Shown here piece after piece: positions 51,281 through 64,000 of a stretch of 64,000 nt of DNA. Under the pieces are notes generated by a model. The model was given only the letters and a program-made list of their open reading frames with translations. It made no database searches and was not told where the DNA came from. The stretch's first letter is position 1; every line of letters begins with the position of its first letter. The stretch covers positions 118,112,001 through 118,176,000 of the forward strand of contig NC_087437.1 in assembly GCF_036321535.1 (NCBI RefSeq), written 5' to 3'. The position numbers and the translations under genes were made by a program. Origin of the DNA: Camelus dromedarius (taxonomy: Eukaryota).

Positions 51281-52575
51281 TAAGCCGACAGTCATCTCCA
51301 ATTTAGAAGATGTCACACGGTGGGAACAAATTGGTCAGGTAAAGCTTTCTTGACTGGAGCTGTCACCAAAGAGCTGTCTATGAGGAAGAAGCCCTGTTCA
51401 GTTACACAGAAGTTGGCTCATCCCAAGATTTTGCAGGACAAAGCCAATCACAGAAGAAGAAATCATAACAAAGGCAATTCCACAAATGTCACCTCCTCTC
51501 AAGTTCATAGCATTAGCATTTAATTCCTGAATGTCCCCGGATCTGTGACGATATAGGCCTTCTCATTTTTTGTCAAGCCCTCTGGACAAAAGCGCTTCTC
51601 AGACAGCTCCTACCAAGGCTCAAAGATGAACTGATATGTGGTTTGCATTTCATCTGAGTAAACGCGGTGCTGCACTTGAGCCCAACTGACACTCTAATAG
51701 GTCACAGCGAGCCGAGAAGGAATTTTATTGCAAATCCTCACCATGGGGCACCGTGGGAATTCTATGAAAATCTTCATATTCATGAAGCTTAATTATATCA
51801 AAATTGCCAATCTGTAAAATACGGCTGCATTTGAATACTACTTTCAAGTCTGAAACATGAACAAGGAGACTATGGTCCCCTGGAGACACCCCTGCAGTAT
51901 GTGCAGAGAAATACAAGTGAAAGGAAATTAGTGGGGGAAAAAAGGAAGAAAAACAGAAACAGACCAAGAGGCACTCTATTGAACCAGAAAAATGATAATG
52001 CCAATCACAGAAACGGTCCTATTATGTACTTGTAATCAACCATAATATTCAAATTGGTGAATAAAGAATCAAATAAAATCACGAATTTAAGATATTAGTC
52101 CTAAAGACAATACAAATTTTAGTACTGAGATGAATAGGAAGTTGCAAAGGCTGCGTGCTCATCCCATCTGTTTAATAATAGGCCAAATGAGGCTCTATCT
52201 TTAAGCCCCTGCAATAATCAACTTGAAATCCTAAGCGCTCCTTTTGGGGAGGGGGGTGAAGCATCTTGAAATAACCGGGACTGAAGGGTTTCAGCAGAGA
52301 ATGAGCAGAATGATCACAAGTACCGCTTTGCCTACAGAGATCTGCCAATGTGTCTTTTAGAATCAAAACCACATGTGTCTACCTATTTAATTAAAATTGA
52401 GGCAATTAAATTCTGGCAGGGTTACAGATTTTTAGCAAAGAAATAACCTCTGACCATATGAATTCTTCCCTTGGCCCTATTGGAAAGATTCTCTGATGTG
52501 CTCTGGTCCATGGTAAATTTGGAATCCCATGGTGGTTAATGGCATTTCCTGTCCACAGTTTGGGGTTCAGATGAA

Positions 52576-52623
52576 TATCTACCTATATATCTATGAATCA
52601 TCCATCTATCTACCTATCATTCG

Positions 52624-52659
<36 letters not shown>

Positions 52660-52710
52660 CACTATCCATCTCCAGCTAGCTGCGTATCCATCTATCTCTC
52701 CATCTATAAC
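52576..52710. repeat. (TCTA)n, perfect core ~52626-52658
   Basis: Seen directly. Confidence 0.93.
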
Positions 52711-52984
52711 TCACAGAAGACAGCATTTATGCTCCTGGCGTGGCAAAGCATGGTTGTGTGCCACATGCCCTCAGATAACATTTAAAGCTCAGGCTGATGA
52801 AGATGACTGTAATGGATGATATTTTCAGGCAGGTATAGCCAAATAACTCACATGTAAGCAAAGACCTAATGTATTTCAACACATACACAAATAAATGCGA
52901 GTAAGTTCATTGTTTAAAAAAGAACAGCACATGCGGGTGTAGGACATGGTAAAGGCAGCAAAACAGCATTTGTCCTTCACTGAC

Positions 52985-53215
52985 TGCTAGTTATGGGCTG
53001 GGAGCCACGGTCAGCATTTTCATACCCATCATCTCATTGTGTCTTCACAACACCCCCAAGGAGGAGGTAGATGTGATAAATATCTCAGGAAACAAGCCCC
53101 AGGAGTGACATGGAACAATAGTAAAGCAGGCAGAGAGCAGCAGAAACAGAATGTGGCCACAAATCTGTTTGACTTCAAAACCTGAGTCTTTAAAGACCAT
53201 TCAGTGCTGCCTCTC
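52985..53215 (-). mobile_element. MIR
   Basis: CATCTCATTG..CTTCACAACACCCC..GAGGTAG..TCTGTTTGACTTCAAAACCTGAG. Confidence 0.65.
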
Positions 53216-53362
53216 TCCAAATCCTAATGAAATAACCAAAGACAGGAAGAGAGGAAGGAGGGGATGGAGGGAGGGAGGAAAGAAGGGAGAAAGGAAGGGT
53301 GTGAGTCAGGCTGAAAAGCAGGAGATGATGCCGTCAACTGGCAAGAAAGTGTATGAATTTAC

Positions 53363-53408
53363 AATAATAAATAATAATAACAACAACAACAACAACAATA
53401 ATAATAAA
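53363..53408. repeat. (AAT)/(AAC) compound microsatellite
   Basis: Seen directly. Confidence 0.95.
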
Positions 53409-53414
53409 ATAATA

Positions 53415-53719
53415 CAAATCCACAATCTCTATCTGCAATCCCCAAATTGAAAAATATGTTAAAACTGAAAAAGTGTGTTTATGATGCACTTGCCGGTAAA
53501 ACCTGGCCCAGATGAACAGAAAACTCTGTTTAGTCCTTGTTTATCCCACTCAGAATGAAAATTTCAAAGTTCTGCTGCAGAAATATTGAAGCAATATTGC
53601 CCCATGCTCCATTGGGGGGTGTAGGAAACATTCAGAATGTGCACAGGTTCACCTGTCTAAAATATAAGAAATTCTGAAACACATTTGGCTCCCAAGGTTC
53701 GGACAGGGCTGAGAGTATG
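53415..53719. mobile_element. MER46C-like (TcMar-Tigger)
   Basis: TCCACAATC..AAAACCTG..TTTATCCCACT..GCTGCAGAAATATT..GAAACACATTTGGCTCCCAAGG; TA on both flanks. Confidence 0.8.
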
Positions 53720-55399
53720 TAGTGTTTGCTGACCCAGAAAATCCCTCTGCCATGAAATGTCCTTGACAATCAAAGCAAGCAGAAAACAACTTGTGCTCAA
53801 AGCCAAACCAGCAATGTCAGAAACTTGATGGGAAAAGGAACATATATCTCAATAACTGATAAAAAAAAAAATCAGCTTGCTCTATTGCAAGGAGAACCCA
53901 AGGCACTGCTATCACATTAAAATCTGACATCATCCTCTCTCCTCTCCAGGTTAATTTCATAACTCAGTTTAGTTTGAGCCCAAGGACAGCCACTTCTGGA
54001 CCCTGATTACATTTGCAACCCCTAAGTTCACCAACCCCAGACCTTGAGGTTTCAGAAAGCAGAATATTTTGGTGCACAGTTTCTGTAGAAAAACAGAGAG
54101 AATATGGAGAAATGATTTAAAAGAAACCTAAAGGTAAATCTTAACATGCATGATATCATGTACATACATCTTAAAATCCACCAAGTAATAGCTTCTCTGC
54201 TTTATGGACTCATAAATAGGTTGTCAAGGTATCAAAATATGAACAGAAAATATGAGTGGGACTTTAGTTCTTTCCAATGTTATTATTTATGAAAAAATGA
54301 ATAAAATGTAGCAAGGTATAAACATCTGTCTCTATGTTAGATTTAAGTGCCTATTTCATTATTCTCTGTCTTTTTCTGTTTATTTAAAATACATTTATCC
54401 ATTCAACATCATTTCAGCAAAAATAATTCTCCTTGAATACCTACTGTGCCAGACACAGAATAAGATGAGGGAAAAAACAGAGAAAAATCCCTGCTTGAAA
54501 AGTTTTATAATTAAAATTTTAAAACATATTCTTTTTTGCCTCTTTTTAGGACTAGAAAACAAACTGACTTTTCTTAGTATAGATGAGAATTGTGCTGATT
54601 TGTTTATTTGCTTTTAGTGGAATTTAGACTGATAAAATAAATACTGACAGATTTCTCTAACAAAATGGATATTTCCTCAAACTATACTGAAACATTGGGG
54701 TGTTATCAGGCCGTGCAGGAAGGACGGGAGACTAAAAGACATCTGTTGTAAGTAGAATCTCTGCTTCAGATGTGCCCAAAGGGACTAAGGCAACATGAAA
54801 ACAGAGAGATGCTTAACTCCATTTTCCAGAACAGGACTCTTACTTTGAGCAAAAGTTCCTTAGCTGACAAATAACTGCAAAGAATATAGTAAATTAATAT
54901 TTGAAAAACTAAAACTGTAAAATTGGAATTTTTCATTACTTACAATATTCCTATCCAGATGTTCTTTTTTTTTTTCAATCCACTACTGTACACATAGGAT
55001 TAGAGCATGGGGATTAGCACATGGTGTTACAAAGATGCCCTAAAAGCAAAAAGATTGAGGACATTCAGTGGTTAAAATTTTTTTGTAAAGGGAAAAAAAG
55101 CACTGGTTTATGAGCATCAGCAATTATATAAGAAACAAATGTCTAAAAGAAGTTTGCTGATAATATTTCTTCTTTGAAAGATATAATCCTGGCTATCTTT
55201 TTTTCAGTTCTATAGATTTTTCCTCTTTATTTATAATCTATCAAAATTATTATCCTGACAGGTATGTCCATCTAAATATGTGGGTTTTTTTTTTAACATA
55301 GTGAGCTCTGTATTTTATCTTGAAAGTGGTATATTTGAATTTGAGAGCAAACAAAGTGTTGCAGTTTGGTCCAAAGTGAATTCCAGCCCCAAATCTTAC

Positions 55400-55498
55400 C
55401 TCCAAGTGCATGTATGGAGAGATGTCAGGTACAGGCCTCTCCAGGCTCTACTTTCCTCAAAATATACCATTGCGTTTGGGTAGCTCCCTTCCAAGGCA
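55400..55498 (-). other. Candidate 99-nt exon (unverified)
   Basis: Minus strand: ctcacccctttgtttttttctatttatttccatttctactaag | 99 nt | gtaaga; one open frame. Confidence 0.25.
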
Positions 55499-55612
55499 CT
55501 TAGTAGAAATGGAAATAAATAGAAAAAAACAAAGGGGTGAGTGCTGAGATGCTCATCAGAAGTCCTAGAGGGGCTCTGGAAATCCACAGGGGCTTCCTTT
55601 ATTTGTAAGTAA

Positions 55613-55614
<2 letters not shown>

Positions 55615-55644
<30 letters not shown>
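55615..55644. repeat. (GT)15 microsatellite
   Basis: Perfect run. Confidence 0.98.
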
Positions 55645-55647
<3 letters not shown>

Positions 55648-55744
55648 ATCGGCATGAGTGCCCAGGGCCACCCCACCAGGCTCAGGTCAGTTCTTCACCA
55701 CGTGGAGTTGTCCACAAGGCCGACACTCTCCTCCCACCCCTTAA

Positions 55745-56201
55745 ATGCTAGTTGATGGATATCTGTCATTTTTGTCTCAGAGCACCCATTTCTCCCTCTA
55801 AGATAAGAACACCTGGGTTTTCCTGGGAGGAGTCATCCATCTTTGGCATGGGACCAAGGTCACTGTGGCCACATCCCTAGACAGAGTGAGTGGTTCATAG
55901 ACGGGTATGTGACATGAGCGCATCCCAGTGACCATGGAGGAAGAGAACTCTTTCCCTCTGGTGCTGAGCTGCTACTGGCAGTGAGAAGTGTGCTGCACTC
56001 AGCCTGCCAAGGGGCCAGGAAATCTCAGTACAGCGAGACTAACAACAAGAGTGAGATGTGCTCTTATCAGAGATTGTCTAAACACCTTGATCCAGCTAGG
56101 CCTGAAGTTGGTCACTCCTGGAATTTTTAGTCATGTGAGCCAATAACATCTTTTTTTGATTCCTGCTTCTCATTGGTCATCAAAGAGTCCTGACTAATTC
56201 A
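55745..56201 (+). mobile_element. LTR16-like ERVL solo LTR
   Basis: TGATCCAGCTAGGCCTGAAG..TTAGTCATGTGAGCCAATAA..AAAGAGTCCTGACTAAT. Confidence 0.78.
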
Positions 56202-58149
56202 AATGATTGCCCAAATCCTAAACTCAGCTTACTGCTGCAAAATAAATAAAACCCACTACTTCTGAAGTATAAGTTAATGATATGCTGGCAAATACGTATT
56301 CAGATGCCAATCTGCCCAGATATCGGCAGGCTACCATGTATGCACAAATTACACATTCATGTTCACACAGCCTGAGTTCCCCTCCTTAAGTGTCTGTCCC
56401 GATCTGCAAATACCCTCTTGCCCATGGCCTGAGATAACAGAAGCAGACTCTTCTCACAGGCTGAGATGCCCTCTGTAGTCCATCACATTTGCAGAGAACC
56501 AGCTGTGAAGTCTAAGAAATCTGTACTTTTACAGAGGAGTAAGGTGGGTCCTTCCACTCAGACTCCCAGGTTTTCTTGCCATGTTTGTAAAGATCTGGTC
56601 ACTCTCCGTGTATGCTGTCATTGCCATCAAGATGTGTTTTTTTTTTGCATGAGTTTGCCTCCCTGCATCATTAGTCATGGAGGAGGCAGGTTCCTGCCCG
56701 TTTCCACAAAGATGGAGATGCAGATTCCTTGGACTGTAATCCTGCCTCCAGAGACATGGATGGAAATCACCAGTGTTAGCCTCGCAGGGGACAGAGCAGC
56801 AGCCGTCTTGAGAGAGGAGAGCCCTGCTCCTGGCAACATAAGCCTTCTGGGGAGTGCCTCTTTTCACCATCACTGGGGTAGCGCCCACCACACACTGAAG
56901 AATGAATGCCCATGAAATGTCCTGAGGGGTGACAAAGGTAATTAAGAACAACACAGAGGCTGCAAGCAGGCTGACAGAGCAAAGTCCTCACCCTTCCTTT
57001 CAGCCCCTGTCTACCCCTCCCTGCTGCTTTTCAGGCTCCAGGACCCAAAATAGGTGACCTAACCAACCAACTAGCCAAAGTCAGTCAATTGTGACCAGAA
57101 CCTCACTGCAAACTCATTCTATGTATTTGACTTGTGAATGGAGGTGTCTTTTATGTTGTTTTATCATTGAAACTTTGGCCATACCAGAAACCACCATCCC
57201 GTGTCCCATGGATAGGGAGTGCCTACTATGCACCAGGCACTGTTTTAACTTTGGGGGATGCACTGGACACGACAAAGGACCTACTTTTAGGGGCTTTCAT
57301 TCCGAGGCGGACAGGCTTCCGGCCTCTGTCAGCTCTTGCCCCAGCATCTCCCCACCTCTGGGTCCTCTCATGTGGTTCCCCTGCCCAAAGTGACCCTGCC
57401 CCACCTCATCACTCTCTGATCTAAAGCACTGCCCATCATGAACACATCCCCGAACTCCTCAAGGCCAGGTGTCTGAGGTACCTTCTGACAAGTCCCACCC
57501 CTCTTCCCATCTCCAGTGTGTCTCATGAGCATAACCAGGGAGTTATCTGCATGGTTAGCTGAGGTTTCCCCAGGACCATAGCCAATGAGGACAGGAGCCC
57601 AACACTACTGCTCACCCCCCACCCCCTGCACTTCATCCACACAATGCTGGGCTCATGGCTGTGCCCAACAAACACTCCTGGAATAAACCAACAAATGAAC
57701 AGCGACTCATATGCAGCCTGTTCTCTCTGAAAGACATGACCATCATGTTGGTTGTAAAGACTTGGATGAGGAGATTTCAGAATGATGGTTAGACACCTGC
57801 CATAGCCTCCCCTGAATATCTTTTGTCACCTGTCCCTTTGGCCCAAAGGTGAGTTAGGTGCAGCGTCGGCCTCAGTGTTCCCCCAGCTTCCATTTGGCAG
57901 ACATGGCCCCTGCTTCACACCTGCCTGAGGACCAGCCTGCGACCACTGCCTCTTCTCAGTCGGGACCTTCAATCAACTAACAGTGACCTGACGAGACCAA
58001 CTGCACCTCGAAAATGCCAGGCAAGAAGCTTTCCTCCTGCCCCTGTCCCTTCACCCACATACTGACCATGGTCAGCCACAGTAAAGAACTGTAATTGGGA
58101 GGATGGTAATACTCACACGCCATGCGTGCCACGCCCTGATATGAGGACT

Positions 58150-58322
58150 TCCCCTGCAATATCTTATGTAATCCTTAAAACAACCCTATAAAAGGGCTGT
58201 ATCATCATCATCATTTTCCAGAAGAAGAAACCAAGGTGCAGAGGGGCTAAGTAACTTGCCCAAGATCACACAGTAAGGATATGACAGAGCCTGAATCCCA
58301 GGTGGCCATGCTCTCAGCCCCT
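58150..58322 (-). mobile_element. MIR
   Basis: TAATCCTTAAAACAACCCTAT..CATTTTCCAGAAGAAGAAACCAAGG..AAGTAACTTGCCCAAGATCACACAG. Confidence 0.85.
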
Positions 58323-58924
58323 GTGTGACGTTGCCTTGCAATGACCTGGACACCCCCATCAAACCTCACCAGCTCTTCCTCTCCCTGCTTGCACAGTGGC
58401 TCCTTCTGCACACCCTCAGGGCAGCCACGCCTCCATTTGAAATGGTTCCTTTTACAAGAAAAGGAAAGTCCTCAGTGAGTTTTCCTGTCCCTTTGTCCTT
58501 GAAGCATGGCTGTCTATCATTCTACCCACCCATTCATTATCTATCCATCATAGACATTAACTTACTCTTCCACCACCTTCTTTCCAATGCCTCTCCCAAT
58601 TTTCACCGGGGAGTACAAGGCCCCTATCTCCCTCCATGAACACCATCGTCCAACTGCCGGCATGTTTAGGGATACTGATATGCTAAGGCTGCAGCACTGG
58701 ACCACCGCCGTAATCTACAATGTCTAGAAATTAACACTCACTAGCCCAACCAACATATTTCAGAACACTAGTCCCTGTGCTGGGTGCTGTCTTTGGACAA
58801 TTTCTCCAGCCTTCCTTGCACCCTTAAAAGACACTGAAATTCACCAAATCGCAGCAGTGGATGCAGTTACATGGTGACAGACAAGTGACAATTGTGTTTG
58901 CCCAGGGCTGTGACCTTCAGTGCT

Positions 58925-59242
58925 AGTAGCACATTAAACTCATTTGTTTTTACAAATACAGATGTTGGGGCCAAGCCTAGACCAATTTAAGTGAACCCCT
59001 AAGAACAGGGCATCAGTATTTATAAAACTCCACCCAGGAGGTTACAAGGTACAGGCAGGGCTGAGAATCTATAGCCTTGCCACCCACAGTGCAGCCTATG
59101 GACCAGCATATTTGGTAAGACCTGGGAGCTCATCAGAAATGCTGAGTCTCAGGCCCTGCCCTGAACTACAGAATCAAAACCTGTTTTACCAAAACCCACG
59201 GGAGTGATTCATGTGCACAATGCAGTTTAGGAAACACTGTTC
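58925..59242. mobile_element. Adjacent MER5A/MER5B-like elements
   Basis: AATACAGATG..GGGCTGAGAA; GGACCAGCA..CCTGGGAGCTCATCAGAAATGC..GTGATTCATGTGCACA..GAAACACTG. Confidence 0.72.
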
Positions 59243-60242
59243 TAGATGATTAGAAAATAAAACTTTATATCTGTTGAATTAATAAGTTGTATTACAGGAG
59301 GCTGCCTATCACATCATTTTCAGAAACTAACACCTGTGTATAACAACTTGAATGTAAGATGTAGATCTCTCCAGATCAACTGGAAATGCCAAAGGACCCT
59401 ACATTTTTTTCTTAGGAAAATCCCACCAAGAGACTGTGAATGGGAAAAAATAAAATTAAAATACAAAATTTGGGACTAAGATGAGGCGGTGTGGTAGACG
59501 GGGTTTGCACAGAGCAGGTGTTCACTAAATATATATTGACTAATTTAGTGTCCTCTGTTGGGAGACCTGTTATTTATTTTTGAGACAGTGGACCAATCTC
59601 TCCGCCCCTCTATTTTTCAGAGTTTTCATCCAAATGATCTGCTTAAATTATTTAAGCCGAGATACAAAATACCTAGCAACTAAAAGCTCACTGATAAGTA
59701 ATGTTGCAATAAACAAACAAAAGGAAGGCCCCAATATCTAGAAAGCACCGTGTGCCTGGTTGAGGAGTCTACGCTTCTCAGACCACATGATCAAGTGGTA
59801 TTTAGTACCTGGATACCTTTGACATGCAGTCATTAAACATACACTGAGTTTATACTATGTGCCAGTGGCTATTCTAGACAGTAACACAACAGATCCAAAT
59901 CCTTGCTTTCTTGTAGTTTATGTACCAGTTATGTATCACTCAGTCAACCATAGTGTTAAAGAAAATAAAGACTAGTAACATTACTATCATATTTTCCCTG
60001 AACAGTATCACAATTTTCAAGTCTATTTATAGCTATAATTTATTAAAAATCCAAATTCAATGTCATCAACCACATTTTAAAAAATACTAGGAAATAGTAA
60101 TACTTATGATTTTTGAAGCTGTTGGTAAAATACAATGTTACACATGCTATACTATTTAATCAATTCATCCAGGTGTTTATCTATGAATAAAATCAACTTT
60201 CCCATGAAGTTATTTAAAGGGGAAGGGTGCAATCATTTATTT

Positions 60243-60737
60243 AACGTTTAATTGGGGTGAAATAGATATAAAATTCAACCATATTAAACATTTTCAAGAG
60301 TAAAGGTCAGTAGTTTTAAGTATATTTCCATTATCGTGCATCCAATCTCCTGAACTTTTTCATCTTGCAAAACCGAAACTCTATACACATTAAGCAACAA
60401 TTCCCAATTTCCCTCCTCCCCTCCCCCACTCCAGTCCCTAGTAGCCACCATTATATTTTATGTGTCTCTGAATTTGGCTATACTAGATACCTCATAAAAG
60501 TGAAATCATGCAGTATTTATCTCTCTGTGACTGGTCTATTTCACTCAGCGTAGTGTCCTGAAAGTTCATGTTGCAACATGTGTCAGAATTTTCTTTCTTT
60601 CTAAGGCTGAATAGTATTCTCTTGCATGGATATACCACATTCTGTTTATCCAGTCATTGGTTGATGGACACATGGGTTGCTTCCACCTTTTGCCTATTGT
60701 GAATAATGCTACTGTGAACATGGGTGTACAAATATCT
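60243..60737 (-). mobile_element. L1MB-like 3' end
   Basis: AACTTTTTCATCTTGCAAAACCGAAACTCTATAC..TAAGGCTGAATAGTATTC..GTGAACATGGGTGTACAAATATCT. Confidence 0.9.
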
Positions 60738-60752
60738 CAACAATGTATTTTT

Positions 60753-61178
60753 ATTTTTTATTTTATACAATTTCTAAAGGTTATGCTCCATTTACAATTA
60801 TTACAAAATATTGGCTATTGTTCCTGTGTCATACAATACAACCTTGTAGCCTATCTTACACCCAATATTTTATACCTCCCACGCCACCACCCCTGTGTTA
60901 CCCTTCCCTCCCTTACCCACTGGTAACCACTAGTTTGTTCTCTGTATCTATGTCATAAGTGTCAATCAACAGATGAATGGATAAAAAAATTGTGGTATAT
61001 ATACACAATGGAATACTACTCAGCTGTAAAAAATGGATGAAATTTTGCCATTTGCATCAACATAGACAGTACTGGAGGGCATTATACTAAGTGAAATAAG
61101 TCAGACAGAGAAAGACAAATACTATTTGATATCATTTATATGTGGAATCTAAAAAATACAACAAACCAGTGAATATAA
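60753..61178 (-). mobile_element. 5'-inverted (twin-primed) L1
   Basis: Antisense 3'UTR 60753-~60954 joined to a sense segment ~60955-61178; TSD CTCAACAAT(G/T)TATTTTT at 60736-60752 and 61179-61195. Confidence 0.88.
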
Positions 61179-62364
61179 CTCAACAATTTATTTTTTTTAA
61201 TTAATCTCCAGTTGCTTTTGCAAAGGTGACTGAGCATTCCTACCCAAAACGCAGTCAATCTGAACAATAAAAGAAAAGACAAGTCAAATACAAATTTTTC
61301 AGGTAACTTGTACAGAAGAAATTAGTCCACCTCCACCAAATAATATTAACATTCCATTATAAGAAAACACATTCTGCTTGAAGGTAGAGCTAAGAAGAAC
61401 TTAAGAGCATTGCTCAGCAATGCAGAGAGTGAAACAAGCTGAAAAGGATCTGCTTCACATCCATGAGCATATGAAGTTTATCCAAAGAAACTCAATTATA
61501 GTCTTTGATCACATTTACTTTCTTGAAAGTATTTTGGAAGGAAATGTATGCACTGATTTTAATGGAGGAAAATTGGAGAGAGATCACAGTGAGCAAAGAA
61601 AATGAACCAAAGGTTGGAAATTGTGAGACATACAGAGAGGTTAAAAGAATGTCTTCTAAAAAAGAAAAACCTTAGTGTAGCCAAGTGGATAAAAAAAGAA
61701 ATCTCCACACACTAAACAAGAATAAGGAAAGGGATGACTATAGGCAAAGTAGAAACAGTTGAAACTTATAAAAATGAATTAAAAAGTTAGACCACTTGGA
61801 AGCTCTATGGAAATTGAACACAGAAGAGTAAGGAAAATATAAGATAGCCCTTCGAGAAACTACATTTAGACAAAGAGCAGGAAGATGTTCTCAGTGTTTT
61901 TACAGTTAGTTTAAATAAATTAAGCAAATGAAACAGTGAAATAATAATGACTGTCAACTGTGGTATCCAGAGTTTTCAGAGTGGGGTGATTGAGAAGAGG
62001 GGCCACCATCTCCCTTTTTGCCCCAAATGCCTAAACCAATCACTTTCCTTTATTTGGATGAATCTGAAACCAGTCAAGAGAATGTACTGAAGTCAGTGGT
62101 GAGGATGAATCAGAGGAAGTCGGATCAAGCCCACAATCAAGCAGAACAAAGGAAACAGTTTGAGCATAGGTAGGAGGCAGGAATAAGGGTCCTGTGAAAG
62201 TATTGGCAAAGCCACATTCAGAAAGACACTTTTGGTGTGCTTTAGGGGCTAAAAGGACTCCTCTCCTACCCCCACCAAGAAGAGAGTCCCTAAAGGGCTT
62301 TGCCTATTATTAAAGATATTTCTGATAAATTTCTGATTAATAAATAATGTTTCGCCACCTGTTA

Positions 62365-62880
62365 ACAGTACCACCATTCACTAAGTTCCTTAAAGCAAAA
62401 ATCTCAGTTGTCCTTGATGGTCGTCTCTCTTTCACTCCTCACAGCCAATCTATCAGCCAATGTACCAAATCTTCCCCAAACATTTCCTAAATCTGTCCTC
62501 TTTCCTCTGCCCCCATATCTGCTACTCCAGTTAAGGCTCCAGTGTCTCTTGTAATCACTCATTCAATAATACATTTGCTCCCCACTCACAACTGTTCTCT
62601 AATTCAGTAACCATGGTCACATTGTCCGCCTGCCCAGATTTCAACAGTTTTCCATTGTCCCTACAAGCTCTTTGACTGGCCTGAGAAGGCCTCCCATTTT
62701 CTGACCTGCCTACCTCTCAGCCCTATGTCTCCAAGCTCATCCCCCTTAGGGGGTCTTTGCCCACCCTGAGGACCCACACAGGGCTGAGTCCCTTTTTGCT
62801 GTTACATCCCAGCATCACCATAGACCTTTTCCTCTCGACTCCATACTTGGCCATTCTGGACCTGACCATACTGGTACCTT
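62365..62880 (+). mobile_element. L2 fragment
   Basis: ACCACCATTCAC..TCCTTGA..CCAATCTATCAGCCAA..AATCTGTCCTCTTTCCTC..GAAGGCCTCCCAT. Confidence 0.7.
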
Positions 62881-63624
62881 GCTTTACAGTAGTATGAATA
62901 AAAATAATGCCAGAAAGGTACAAAATAGAATCTGAATCCAATAAAACCTAAAACATCATAAACTAGATTCTAGAAATAGAATTTTCAGATTTGTCCTACC
63001 CAAAAGTGATGTCTGTTCCTATGAAAACATCTAGCTCAGACTTAATCTTTAATCATTGTATCTAAGGCTTCAAAGAACACTACTTTTATATAAATCACCT
63101 TTGGTTGCCTTAAATTCTAAAGTAGTATCTTCCAAGTTGGAAAGGATTATCATGGGTTATCTAAATGGATAAAAGTAAATAAAAATAAAAATTGCCACAA
63201 TCATCCAGGATTTGTGGTGCACAGTCCCATCATAAAGAACTGTGTTGCTATTGTTTAATATATTATTTCCTAAAAATTTTTGAACTCAGAATCCACATGA
63301 TCTTTTTCCTATCCTAATCTTAGCCTCTCCATGGACACAGCAGGAGAAATGCTGGAAAATACCCCATTTTATGAACCTGCAGGGAACACGCTTGGAAAAG
63401 CATCATTCATTTAAAGGACATTTTCCTATGGTCCTAGTCTTGCCCCAGAATTTCAGAGCTCATAACCAGCAGGAAAACAACACTTCACTTAATGTAGCAT
63501 TAATTTTTAAACTATGACATTCATAATCTGCCTATTCCTGGCTTGATGGTGTGCCAACTGTGCGTGTTTAACCATGTACTCTGAAGGTTCAGCTAAAAAC
63601 TCTCGTTATCCAGGTGTACTTTCC

Positions 63625-63870
63625 TCAAGTTTTCATTATAGAACATTTTAAACATACATAAAGACAAAAATGAGTACAATGAACCTCCATGTACCCATCA
63701 TCCCTTTCAACAACGGTCGAGTCTTGCTGTGCCCCACCCCCACACACTGGAGCAATTTGGAGCAAATCACAGATATCATAAAGGCATTTTTAAAGAACTA
63801 CATATTGGTGAATGACTGTTACCAAGAATAAAAAAAGCCACAACTTCCATGGTCAACATTTATACATACA
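63625..63870 (-). mobile_element. L1MC4/5-like 3' end
   Basis: ATTATAGAACATTTTAAACATACA..GTACAATGAACCTCCATGTACCCATCA..AGCAAATCACAGATATCAT. Confidence 0.7.
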
Positions 63871-64000
63871 TAAACACACATACACACAAATTCACATTTG
63901 TTAAAACAAATTAATTCCAGCCGCTTCTGATCTTAGGCTGGCATCTCTGAATTCATTTCATGGCCTGGGAAGGTGTGCTAATGAATCTGTCTCTTATGTT

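Noticed and set aside
53151..53450. Poly-Asn ORF
   Set aside because: Produced by the AAT/AAC microsatellite and flanking repeats
56466..56954. Overlapping 149-aa and 141-aa ORFs on opposite strands
   Set aside because: No recognisable domain or splice structure; lengths compatible with chance
1..64000. CRISPR array, operon or other novel multi-gene system
   Set aside because: Mammalian repeat-rich non-coding DNA; no repeat-spacer array or coherent gene cluster seen

Overview
Mammalian (eutherian) non-coding genomic DNA, most likely camelid: two short tRNA-derived SINEs resemble camelid Vic-1, and I saw no Alu, Bov-B/Bov-tA, PRE1 or CanSINE. A large part of the window is transposon debris: old and young L1, L2, MIR, MaLR/ERVL LTRs, and hAT and Tigger MERs. 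Several insertions have readable target-site duplications (TSDs) and nesting, and one L1 is twin-primed (5'-inverted). There are also microsatellites and a ~690-bp CA-rich minisatellite. I recognise no protein-coding gene, RNA gene, CpG island or CRISPR array. The listed ORFs are L1 fragments, repeat artefacts or chance. Unique segments hold several enhancer-like motif clusters and a set of minus-strand splice-site pairs, including a 21-nt microexon candidate, which suggests but does not prove a long intron of a minus-strand gene. I found no convincing new biological system. Repeat family names come from my recollection of consensus sequences, and boundaries without a TSD are approximate.
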